From: Candidatus Micrarchaeum sp.
GTDB taxonomy: Archaea > Micrarchaeota > Micrarchaeia > CABMEP01
DNA length: 64,000 bases
Assembly: GCA_020723065.1 (NCBI GenBank)
Contig: DYJP01000002.1
Span: 7,464-71,463, forward strand
Direction: 5' to 3'
A program made the translations under genes and the position numbers. The notes under the pieces were generated by a model, which worked only from the letters and a program-made list of their open reading frames with translations, was not told where the DNA came from and ran no database searches. This document shows positions 1 through 8,348 of this stretch, one piece after another (within the stretch, counting starts at the first letter, position 1; every line of letters starts with the position of its first letter).

Positions 1-1190
1 TGACCAGAATCTCTCCAGATTGCATTGACGACAAGTCTGCAATGTCCAAAATAACCCTAACCTTTCCTGAAGTAAAGCCGGGGCTGGCCGGCAGTCCCTT
101 GAATAGGACCTTGGCCTTTGAGGCTTCAACTCCGCGCTCAATCTTCTCTTCTTCTCTAAAACCCTCCTCGAATGTCTTATCTCCCATCTTAACCCCTTTT
201 CTAAACGAATCGCCCACTTCCTTTCTCAAGGTAGTTATCGGGCGCGACTGAACTATGTAAATTTTATCGTTTTCCACCGCCCACTCTATGTCCTGAGGCC
301 ATCCGTAATGCTTTTCTATGTCCCTTCCTATCTTCGCAAGCTCGATTATCTTGTCATCCGAAAGCTTCTGGACCTGTTGATAGTCTGGCTTTATTCCTGC
401 CTTAACGTTTGCGTTTTCCGACTTTATGAGCATCCATTCCTGTTTTGCGATGTGCCTACTTAAGATATCCAGATTCTTCTTGTCTATTATATATGTATCC
501 GGAGTTACTGCGCCCGAGACCACAGTCTCTCCAAGTCCGAATGCGGCCTCGATCACCATCTTTCCAGTGTCTTGTGTGACTGGATCCACTGTGAAGAAAA
601 CCCCTGACTTTTCAGATTGAACCATATGCTGCACTACAACTGCAATCTTCACCTTTGAATGCTCGAATCCCTGCTGGACTCGGTAATAAATCGCTCTTGG
701 AGTGAAAAGGGACGCCCAGCATCTCTTGACCGCGTCGATTAGGTTCTGGTCATTATAAATGTTAAGGAACGTTGCCTGCTGGCCAGCAAAGCTTGCACTC
801 GGAACGTCCTCCGCAGTCGCACTGCTCCTGACAGCCACATATTCTACTTTTGAGCCTGTCTTCTCCTTCAGCCTTGAGTATGCCTCGATTATTTGATCCG
901 CCATTTCTTCTGGCACAGGATAGGACATTATCGCATTTGATATTTTCTTGGAAGCATCGTTGAGCTTGTTCGTATCCTCAACATCCAATGAAACAAGAAG
1001 ATCGTTCACGATAGAATCGATACCGTGGAGCTTGACGAACTCATAATAAGAATCAGCGTTCACTACGAAACCAGGTGGAATCGGAAATCCCGAATTCGCC
1101 ATTTCGCCAAGGTTCGCGCCCTTACCGCCTGCAACGGGCAAACTGTCCTTGGACAGCTCCTCAAACCAGTAGACATGCTTCATGAAATTA
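1..1190 (-). CDS. ppsA: Phosphoenolpyruvate synthase (pyruvate, water dikinase), N-terminal part; the gene continues beyond the window start
   Basis: Reverse-strand translation from ATG at 1188-1190 reads MKHVYWFEELSKDSLPVAGGKGANLGEMANSGFPIPPGFVV... and continues ...VRSSATAEDVPSASFAGQQATFLN... These are the PEP-utilising ATP-grasp N-domain motifs of PpsA/PPDK. The reading frame stays open to coordinate 1. It is absent from the supplied ORF track because it runs off the window edge. Confidence 0.8.
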
Positions 1191-1293
1191 ATTGTAAAAG
1201 AATGTTTTTAAACGATGTGAAAACAAGAAAACCTCCTGCTGACGCTAAGGATTTTTGAAAATAAAAAATAAAATAAAAGAAAAAATCAGAAAC

Positions 1294-1767
1294 TTAGCTG
1301 TATCTTACCACAATATCGATCGGCATCGACTTGACGAAGCTGTCGGAGCCCACCGGATAGTACTGGATCAGCATGGTGTCCTGGAAATAGTCCTTTCCTG
1401 CGGTCGGGTCGTCCAATGCGCTTGTCGATGTGCTGCAGTTGAACCTTACTTCCTTGGTGGACCCGGGGGATATCTGAACGTCATCGATATCTCTGAGTGT
1501 TCCGTCGTACGGGCATGCTGTCGCATTTATTGTGTAAACAACTGAACCGAGATTCAGGATGTTGACCCTTACAATCGTATCTGCGCCAACTTTACTTACA
1601 ACATACTGATCTGCCTGGCATTGAAACGGTGTCGCAATTGTGCAAGATTCAACCTGCTGCGGCCTTACCAAATAAACGAGAATACCCATAATTGCAAGGA
1701 CTATTAGGATAGCCCAGCCATATGTCATGAGATATTCCATAGCTGCTTGTCCTTTTCTTGAAACCAT
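1294..1767 (-). CDS. Archaeal type IV pilin-like protein with class III signal peptide (DUF361-like)
   Basis: N-terminus MVSRKGQ|AAMEYLMTYGWAILIVLAIMGILV: a basic stretch, KGQ, then a hydrophobic helix typical of prepilin-peptidase (EppA/PibD) substrates. The start is trimmed to the MVSRKGQ methionine. Confidence 0.65.
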   Translation of the reverse strand: MVSRKGQAAMEYLMTYGWAILIVLAIMGILVYLVRPQQVESCTIATPFQCQADQYVVSKVGADTIVRVNILNLGSVVYTINATACPYDGTLRDIDDVQISPGSTKEVRFNCSTSTSALDDPTAGKDYFQDTMLIQYYPVGSDSFVKSMPIDIVVRYS

Positions 1768-1856
1768 AATATCACATTTTAAGTTCAAATAGGAACTTAT
1801 CTTAGATAAATATTGTAAACACAGCTTAAAAAGTTATCCCTAGAACTGGGAATAAA

Positions 1857-2522
1857 CTATCCCTTCAGCTTTTTGAAATATTCGCAGTATCTGGAGATCG
1901 GGCACTCCCAACACTTTGGCTTGGCCTTACATATAGTCTGGCCATGCTGCACAAACAGCTCATTGATGTATTTCCACTGCTTTCTTGGAACTATCTTATA
2001 AAGCTCCGCTTCCGTCTTGTCCGGATGGTTTGTTTTGACCAAACCGAGCCTGTTTGAAACCTTATGGACATGAGTATCTACTGCGATATAATCTGGATTG
2101 CTGTATGCGTATGAAAAAAGAATGTTCGCAGTCTTTCTTCCGACCCCTGGAAGTGCGACTATCTCTTCGTATTCCCTTGGAACTTTTCCGCCATATTTCT
2201 CGACAAGAATCCGGCTTATCTCCTTTATCCTTCTTGCCTTAATATTGTACATTCCGACTGGCTTAATCAACTCCCTGAGCACATTCACTCTTGCGCTTGC
2301 AATGCTCTTTGCATCTGGAAACTGTGAAAAGAGCTTCTTTGAGCCGATTATCGTCATTTCATCACGTGTCTGGTGAGAAAGCACAGTGCCTATGAGAACC
2401 TGGAACGGCTCTTTAGTTATGTTCGAGCCGACAAAGCCGTCTGGATATCTTTTCTTGAGCAGGGAGATTATCTTGCTTATATTTTTTGCAGCGGTTCCTT
2501 TGCTTTTTTCGAATCTCGGCAT
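1857..2522 (-). CDS. nth: Endonuclease III (HhH-GPD DNA glycosylase with 4Fe-4S cluster)
   Basis: HhH-GPD motif LPGVGRKTANIL. C-terminal C-x6-C-x2-C-x5-C cluster (CKAKPKCWECPISRYC). The start is trimmed to MPRFEKS (ATG at 2520-2522). Confidence 0.85.
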   Translation of the reverse strand: MPRFEKSKGTAAKNISKIISLLKKRYPDGFVGSNITKEPFQVLIGTVLSHQTRDEMTIIGSKKLFSQFPDAKSIASARVNVLRELIKPVGMYNIKARRIKEISRILVEKYGGKVPREYEEIVALPGVGRKTANILFSYAYSNPDYIAVDTHVHKVSNRLGLVKTNHPDKTEAELYKIVPRKQWKYINELFVQHGQTICKAKPKCWECPISRYCEYFKKLKG

Positions 2523-2573
2523 TATAATATTAAGAATCAAAACATATTTTATATTTAGGATTGTAATAGGTTC

Positions 2574-3422
2574 ATGGCGCAGATACAAGCGGTAGCCAAT
2601 GAGCCGGCTTTGCTAATAACAGAGGAAAAGTCAAAGAAAAGGACCTTAGTGATAGGTGACTTACATATCGGAGTCGAAGTAGGGCTTGGAACGGAAAGAA
2701 TAGCGAAAAAGGCAATAAAAGATATGATCGAGCACATAGCAGATCTTGCAAAACAAACTAAATCGGACAGCCTGATGCTTGTGGGAGATATCCGCCACAA
2801 GCTGCCTTCCGAAAAGGAGTACTGGCAACAAATGGACGAAGACGAGGAAGTCGCGCACCGGATATCTGTAGAGATACCAGACATGTTGTTCAAGCTTAAG
2901 AAATGCTGTGAAATAAAGGTCATCCCCGGAAATCACGACGGAGGGCTGAAAAGTTATTTCGAGACTTCAGATGAAATGGTGATTGAAAACATCGGAATAG
3001 TGCACAGTCACAAGTGGCCCAGCGAAAAGATGATAAAAAACATCGACACGTTAGTGGTGGCCCATTCCCATCCTGCAGTGGTGTTCAAGGATGAATTTGG
3101 ATACAAAACAAGGGAGAAAGTGTGGGTGATGGGGGAAATTGATTCAAAAGAATTAAAAATACAATATCCGTATATTAATACGGGCAAAATAAAGGTAATC
3201 ATCATGCCCACATTCAATCCGCTTGTGACAGGAACGCCTATAAATGAAAGATCTGAAAAGAAGTTTTTGGGACCGTTACTGAAGGACAAGATATTCAAAA
3301 TTAAAAAAGTCGAAACATTTCTGCTTGATGGAACTTCTATAGCGATTGATTACACCGCAAAGGAGTCCAAGAAAAAAGGTGAAAAATATGGGAAGAGGAA
3401 AAACAACTCTGGTAAGATGTAA
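2574..3422 (+). CDS. Calcineurin-like metallophosphoesterase (SbcD/Mre11-related small phosphoesterase family)
   Basis: Motifs LVIGDLHIG, LMLVGDIRH, GNHDGG and VVAHSHP correspond to metallophosphoesterase signatures I-V. Confidence 0.6.
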   Translation: MAQIQAVANEPALLITEEKSKKRTLVIGDLHIGVEVGLGTERIAKKAIKDMIEHIADLAKQTKSDSLMLVGDIRHKLPSEKEYWQQMDEDEEVAHRISVEIPDMLFKLKKCCEIKVIPGNHDGGLKSYFETSDEMVIENIGIVHSHKWPSEKMIKNIDTLVVAHSHPAVVFKDEFGYKTREKVWVMGEIDSKELKIQYPYINTGKIKVIIMPTFNPLVTGTPINERSEKKFLGPLLKDKIFKIKKVETFLLDGTSIAIDYTAKESKKKGEKYGKRKNNSGKM

Positions 3423-3609
3423 CGCTTGTGGAAGAAGCGTTCCAAGGGCAAAGGCGGTGGTGGACTACAGACCAATCGTCTATACAACCGACCTTAGGAC
3501 GGCAGATGACCTCAGATACATGGAAAAGAGGAAGGTCTATTACTGCGTATCCTGCGGTAAGAGTTTGGGAGTCTACGAAAGAAAGAAGAAGCAGCAAAGA
3601 CGATATTAA
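3388..3609 (+). CDS. rps26e: Ribosomal protein eS26
   Basis: MGRGKTTLVRCNACGRSVPRAKAVVDYRPIV...YYCVSCGKS matches the eS26 zinc-ribbon signature (RC.NC.R.VPKDKAI ... YCVSCAIH). A GGTGA Shine-Dalgarno lies 6 nt upstream. The start is trimmed to MGRGK (3388). It overlaps the 3' end of the upstream phosphoesterase gene by 35 nt. Confidence 0.7.
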   Translation: MGRGKTTLVRCNACGRSVPRAKAVVDYRPIVYTTDLRTADDLRYMEKRKVYYCVSCGKSLGVYERKKKQQRRY

Positions 3610-3693
3610 ACTTAACTCGGTAAAACTTATTAAAAATCTTGTTTTATTTTCTCTTTTTTTATTTAAACTGAATAAGGCACACTCTGTTTATGA

Positions 3694-4212
3694 TCAAAAA
3701 AGATTATCTATCAACAGATGCGAAAGGAATCCCAAAAATCCCCAGAAAGAGATGAAAAGCGGATCGCTCAATCCATAGAGCATGGAAATAAGCAAAATTG
3801 CAATAGAATAGATCAGCCCTGCAAATATCCTGTGGATAGATCCTCTATGCCTGGGAATGAACCTCTCCAATACGGTTGTAAGTATAACCGCAAGAAACAA
3901 TGAAACTGAAAATGAGACCAGAACCAGAAGGATCTCGTTGCTGAACGTCTTGTTTATGGCACTGAAATCTATCTTCACAAAATAGGAAACTGCAAAATAC
4001 AGGAACAAGACAAATCCTATGATCAGAAGAGACCTAAATAGGTTGCGTATCTTGCTCTTAGGATGGTCGATGTCTGGGATGACCGAACCAAGAACTGTCG
4101 CTATTACTGCAGAAACAAGTATTGCTGAGTTTATTCCCGGATAAAGCATAATGCAAAGCAACGCAAGAATTGCCCCAGATAATGAATGTATGAACCAATT
4201 GCTCATCTGCAC
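3694..4212 (-). CDS. Membrane-bound metal-dependent hydrolase (DUF457/YdjM-like)
   Basis: Polytopic membrane protein with HSLSG...PDIDH motifs characteristic of the DUF457 inner-membrane hydrolase family. Confidence 0.5.
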   Translation of the reverse strand: MQMSNWFIHSLSGAILALLCIMLYPGINSAILVSAVIATVLGSVIPDIDHPKSKIRNLFRSLLIIGFVLFLYFAVSYFVKIDFSAINKTFSNEILLVLVSFSVSLFLAVILTTVLERFIPRHRGSIHRIFAGLIYSIAILLISMLYGLSDPLFISFWGFLGFLSHLLIDNLF

Positions 4213-4340
4213 ACCTATATCGCCATTTGAATGTAATTATGTAAATGATAAAAAATATAAACTGTACCGCACATACTACTACAGATAAGAGACTTTTATT
4301 TATGCGAACCATATGTAGTTTTAATTGGAGTGGTGATTAT

Positions 4341-4880
4341 ATGGCAAAAAAAAGAAGATTTCCTTTTGGATTCGGATTCGATGATGACGATTTCTTCGGA
4401 AGAAACATATTCGATGAGATAGAACGCATGATGAAGGAAATGCGCGGACTAGATATGAATGAGCTTGAAAAAAAATCAAGAAAAGGAAAGTCTTTCGTAA
4501 TGGGATATTCAATAACGATTGGCCCGGACGGCAAACCTGTGATAAGAGAATTCGGGGACAAACCTACCATCACTCCAAAGGGAACTGAAGACAAGAGAGA
4601 ACCCCTAGTGGACATAATAGAGGAAAAGAACAAAATAAAAGTAATAGCTGAACTGCCTGGCGTATCCAAGGCGGATATCGAGCTGAACGCGACAGAAAAG
4701 AATCTTGAAATCAAGGTCGAAAATGCAGAAAGGAAGTACTATAAGTCTGTTGAACTTCCTGCAAAGATAAAGCCAGACACCGCAGACGCGAAATACAACA
4801 ATGGAGTACTGGAGGTTTCCATCGAAAAGAAGGAGCCTTCCAAGGAAGAGAAAAAAGGAAAGAAGATAAACATCAAATAA
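4341..4880 (+). CDS. hsp20: Small heat-shock protein (Hsp20/alpha-crystallin family)
   Basis: Alpha-crystallin domain (IKVIAELPGVSKADIELNATEKNLEIKVE...AKYNNGVLEVSIEKKEP). Start at MAKKRR (4341) with a GGTGAT RBS. Confidence 0.85.
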   Translation: MAKKRRFPFGFGFDDDDFFGRNIFDEIERMMKEMRGLDMNELEKKSRKGKSFVMGYSITIGPDGKPVIREFGDKPTITPKGTEDKREPLVDIIEEKNKIKVIAELPGVSKADIELNATEKNLEIKVENAERKYYKSVELPAKIKPDTADAKYNNGVLEVSIEKKEPSKEEKKGKKINIK

Positions 4881-4905
4881 GAATTAATTGAAATAGGTGA
4901 AAAAA

Positions 4906-5805
4906 ATGGCAATCAAGGGATCTCCAGATCTTAGCGTAATGTTAACGACAGCATTAGTTTTCGGATCTATTGCGGGACTGCTTTACGGGCTGTTCATGAT
5001 CACGGGAACCGATGTCTCCATAATGGGAATGCTTGCGTTCTCGATCGTTCTTTTAGGGATTCAGTGGTACATCGGACCCACAATCGTTAGATGGACGAGC
5101 GGAGCCAAAGAAATAGCTTTGCAGCAGGCGCCGGAGCTTCACGCAACGGTTGAAAGGATTGCGAAAAAATCCGGAGTCCCGAAGCCCAAGCTCTATCTTG
5201 TAAACAGCCAAATCCCAAATGCGTTCGCATTCGGAAGGGGCAAGAATGATGCGGGCATTGCAGTGCATGCAGGGTTGCTTCAAAAGCTAAATAAAAAAGA
5301 AGTGGAAGCAGTTATAGCCCACGAAATGGGCCACATCAAGCACAACGACGTAATTATCATGACAATAGCGAGCGTAATACCTGTGCTCCTTTATTACATC
5401 ACCATAATGATACTGAGCAAGGACGACGACAGACCGAACCCTGTAACTGCCTGGATTGGTGGGATTGCCGTACAGTTCCTCGGCCAGCTTATGATCCTCT
5501 GGCTTTCAAGGCAAAGGGAATACTACGCAGACGCGCACAGCGCAAGAATAATGGGTGAACCGATGCCGCTTGCAAGCGCATTAACAAAGATAACCTATAA
5601 CATTCCGGCAAACACGGGAAACAGTTCCTTAAACACATTGTATGTAGCGGAACACGGCTTTGTATCTGAAAGCGTTGTCCGCGCGCTCAGCATGAACGAT
5701 TCGAAGGCGCTCCTTTCCGCTGTCGAAAGTGAAAAGGACAGCCCGTTTGAGATAATCGGAACGCATCCAAGCCTGAAGAAGAGGTTAAAAAGTTTGCTTA
5801 GCTAA
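4906..5805 (+). CDS. htpX: M48 zinc metalloprotease HtpX homologue
   Basis: HEMGHIKHND (HExxH) motif, N-terminal TM helices and an HtpX-like layout. Start at ATG 4906. Confidence 0.85.
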   Translation: MAIKGSPDLSVMLTTALVFGSIAGLLYGLFMITGTDVSIMGMLAFSIVLLGIQWYIGPTIVRWTSGAKEIALQQAPELHATVERIAKKSGVPKPKLYLVNSQIPNAFAFGRGKNDAGIAVHAGLLQKLNKKEVEAVIAHEMGHIKHNDVIIMTIASVIPVLLYYITIMILSKDDDRPNPVTAWIGGIAVQFLGQLMILWLSRQREYYADAHSARIMGEPMPLASALTKITYNIPANTGNSSLNTLYVAEHGFVSESVVRALSMNDSKALLSAVESEKDSPFEIIGTHPSLKKRLKSLLS

Positions 5806-5842
5806 GATAAACATCTATTATTTAATTAACAGGGGGTTTAGC

Positions 5843-6364
5843 ATGTTGACTATAAAGCATTACAGAAGGCCCATATCGGCAATAGCAATATCTGGAGAAA
5901 GAGCAAGGCTCACCCCCAATGTCTTGATGAAATTCATGGATCCGCTTTCCGCAAATAATATGCAGATATATGCAATAGCAACCGGCGAAAAGGAAGTAAT
6001 AATTTTCATCGACGAGGCAGAAACTGACAAGGCAATGTTAGTTTTGACCGATACAGCAACGCAGAGTCCGTTCGAAAGCATTTCAGTGAGAAGGAACCTC
6101 GGAATGATCACAGTAACAGGACCAGAACTGGTAAACACGCCAGGTCTGCTCAACAAGTTAACAACACCGCTTGCAAAGCAGAAGATAAACATAGTATCCA
6201 TAACTTCCGCATTCGACTCAGTTATATTTTTCTTCGATAAGAAGGACACGGAAAGAATATTCAACTTCTGGGAGAACTACGTACCTGAGAAGATAAATAT
6301 CTTTAAGAAAACAAGCCAAAAGGTTTCAGGGCTTTTGAAGAATATAATCCCAAAAAGAAGATAG
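5843..6364 (+). CDS. ACT-domain-containing protein
   Basis: Two ACT-like beta-alpha-beta-beta-alpha-beta repeats (ISGERARLTPNVLMKF... / ITVTGPELVNTPGLLNKLTTPLAKQKINIVSITSA) resembling aspartokinase regulatory domains. Confidence 0.45.
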   Translation: MLTIKHYRRPISAIAISGERARLTPNVLMKFMDPLSANNMQIYAIATGEKEVIIFIDEAETDKAMLVLTDTATQSPFESISVRRNLGMITVTGPELVNTPGLLNKLTTPLAKQKINIVSITSAFDSVIFFFDKKDTERIFNFWENYVPEKINIFKKTSQKVSGLLKNIIPKRR

Positions 6365-6385
6365 CTTATTTTTCAATTTCACATA

Positions 6386-8341
6386 TCAACAAATACCACA
6401 TACTGTACGTACCGACTTCGCGTTGGAAAGAAGCCCCTCTACAAACGGATTCGGCATGTAATATTCGTTGTAGATCCTGTTGGAGATCTCTCCATTGAAT
6501 CCATTGTCTCCGGAAACTATTCCATACAATGAGAGATAGGCTCTTACAAGCGAATCATTCGGGAACGAATTCTTAGCCTTGTTTTCATAATATCCTAATG
6601 TCTGGGCCACGCAACATATGTTTTTCTGAATTCCTTCATAAGTGTCGCAACTGCAATGAGGATTGGAAAGGAACAGTTCTCTTGCTGGAATTCCTCCTGA
6701 ATCATACTGCCCCTTGTAGGCCAATGCCGCCATCAGAACTGAGGCATCTATCTTATTTTCAGATGCCATATTTTTTATAAAAAGCGAGTTCTGCATGCAA
6801 TAGCCTGCATCGAACGAACCAGGCAGCACGGACTGCATGTCTATACAGAAAAGATTCCCACATTGGGTGGTGCTCACCGTCTTCTGAAGGTTTATCTTGT
6901 TGTAATCCGTTACCTCAAGGTCGAGTATATCATTATTGTATCCATACTGGTTGCACTGTGAAGCGACATTGTCTCCTGCTTCAGAGAACACTGCGAATGA
7001 TGAGTATGTGGAAGTGGGTGAACTGCTCGAATAGTATATTGTGCAGAACAGACCAAGACTGTTCAGCCCTTCCTTGGGCAAGGATGAAATGTCCTTAATT
7101 GATATTCCGATGACACCTGATCTTGAAAGGGCTGAAATTGATTTTATCAATGCTTGATAAAAGTCACCTATAGTTGTATTTGTCCAGGTGCAGGTTTCTT
7201 TCTGGTTGGTTCCCTGCCTTACATCTATGTCCAGAATCATGGTCGGCTTCCCGTATGTTTCAATGACGTGCTGCGCGAATGCTTTTATGGAGCTGTCCTT
7301 TTTCACATTTGAATCGGCATCATACTCCTTACTGTACAATATTATATTTGGCTCGCAACTTTCAAACGAATTTACATCCACCGTAAATCCTACAACATCT
7401 ATGCTATCCATGTCTCCGGAAGCCTTGTAGAAATCGAGTGTTTCAGTATCATTAAACCTAACAACCGCTACAGTCAAGCATTTTGGACACCAGGACTTTA
7501 TGGATGAAAAGGTTCCGCTTGGACTCCTTACGTTTTCAGTATTTAAGGATCTTTTTATAGAGTAACCAAAGCCGGGAGCAATAAACGCCGCACCTTTTTT
7601 GTTAGCTGCTTCGGCAAGCAGACTTGGGTATTCTAGATAATTGTATTTATAAAATGGGATTGTTCCGGAACTAAGGATGCAATCTGAAAGAAATTCCACT
7701 TCAGAAGCATCCACCTTTTGAGATTCCAATTTTAATATGATGAATCCCAAATTTCCTCCACACAACGACTTAAATTCCTCTCCCACGAATACAGAATCTC
7801 CAGTTCCAATCATTACGGTCTGTATGAATGTTCCGGTTGATTTCATAGTGTTCGATCCAGAATTTATTATGGCTTCAAGAGCCGATTTCTGCGTTGATTG
7901 AGTTAGATCAAACTTTTTCAATGAGCAGTTGCCTCCCGCCAAAGACGCCACTCCTATTTTTTTCTCAGATGTGAACATACTAACCAGGGAATCCCAAATC
8001 TTTGTAAATATAGATGCTTCCTTATAGTCACAAATGAGTGCAGTACAGGTATTCACTTCCTTGACCTCTTTCTGCTGATATTCTATAGTTTCTGCGGAAA
8101 GATATGAAGTGAACGTTGCCTTCTTAATGCATCCGAAAAGGAACAGTGTCGAAAACGCCAATAAAAGTAAAAGATAATTACTCTTCATAAGACCACTAAA
8201 TGAAAGAGATTCAATCTGAATCGTCTGGCCCCTCAGACTTGTCTTTTGAATCCTTTTTCTCTTTCTTGTATTCCAAAAGCTTCTTCTCTTCATATTCAAT
8301 TTCCTTCTTCTTTTCATACCATATCTACTTCTTTGGTTCAT
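6386..8341 (-). CDS. Large cysteine-rich exported/anchored protein of unknown function, last gene of the membrane-paralog operon
   Basis: A very basic N-terminus (RRRK/KRKR) is followed by a hydrophobic signal/anchor YLLLLLAFSTLFLFGC. About 590 extracytoplasmic residues carry ~20 Cys (CPKC, CGGNCS, CSCDTY...ICCVAQ). An alternative start at ATG 8188 (MKSNYLL...) is possible. An SD-like GGAG lies upstream of the 8341 start. Confidence 0.5.
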   Translation of the reverse strand: MNQRSRYGMKRRRKLNMKRRSFWNTRKRKRIQKTSLRGQTIQIESLSFSGLMKSNYLLLLLAFSTLFLFGCIKKATFTSYLSAETIEYQQKEVKEVNTCTALICDYKEASIFTKIWDSLVSMFTSEKKIGVASLAGGNCSLKKFDLTQSTQKSALEAIINSGSNTMKSTGTFIQTVMIGTGDSVFVGEEFKSLCGGNLGFIILKLESQKVDASEVEFLSDCILSSGTIPFYKYNYLEYPSLLAEAANKKGAAFIAPGFGYSIKRSLNTENVRSPSGTFSSIKSWCPKCLTVAVVRFNDTETLDFYKASGDMDSIDVVGFTVDVNSFESCEPNIILYSKEYDADSNVKKDSSIKAFAQHVIETYGKPTMILDIDVRQGTNQKETCTWTNTTIGDFYQALIKSISALSRSGVIGISIKDISSLPKEGLNSLGLFCTIYYSSSSPTSTYSSFAVFSEAGDNVASQCNQYGYNNDILDLEVTDYNKINLQKTVSTTQCGNLFCIDMQSVLPGSFDAGYCMQNSLFIKNMASENKIDASVLMAALAYKGQYDSGGIPARELFLSNPHCSCDTYEGIQKNICCVAQTLGYYENKAKNSFPNDSLVRAYLSLYGIVSGDNGFNGEISNRIYNEYYMPNPFVEGLLSNAKSVRTVCGIC

Positions 8342-8348
8342 AGCCTAT

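Noticed and set aside
1025-1545. Plus-strand ORFs 1025-1258 and 1255-1545
   Set aside because: They overlap the PEP synthase N-terminus and the pilin gene on the opposite strand. No motifs. The ppsA reading frame is continuous through this region.
8188-8341. Alternative downstream start (MKSNYLL, ATG 8188) for the Cys-rich protein, which would make a classic cleavable signal peptide
   Set aside because: Not rejected outright. The upstream ATG at 8341 has an SD-like GGAG and gives an 8-nt gap to the preceding gene. A poly-basic N-terminus plus anchor fits an N-in signal anchor. The longer model is therefore reported, with the alternative noted.
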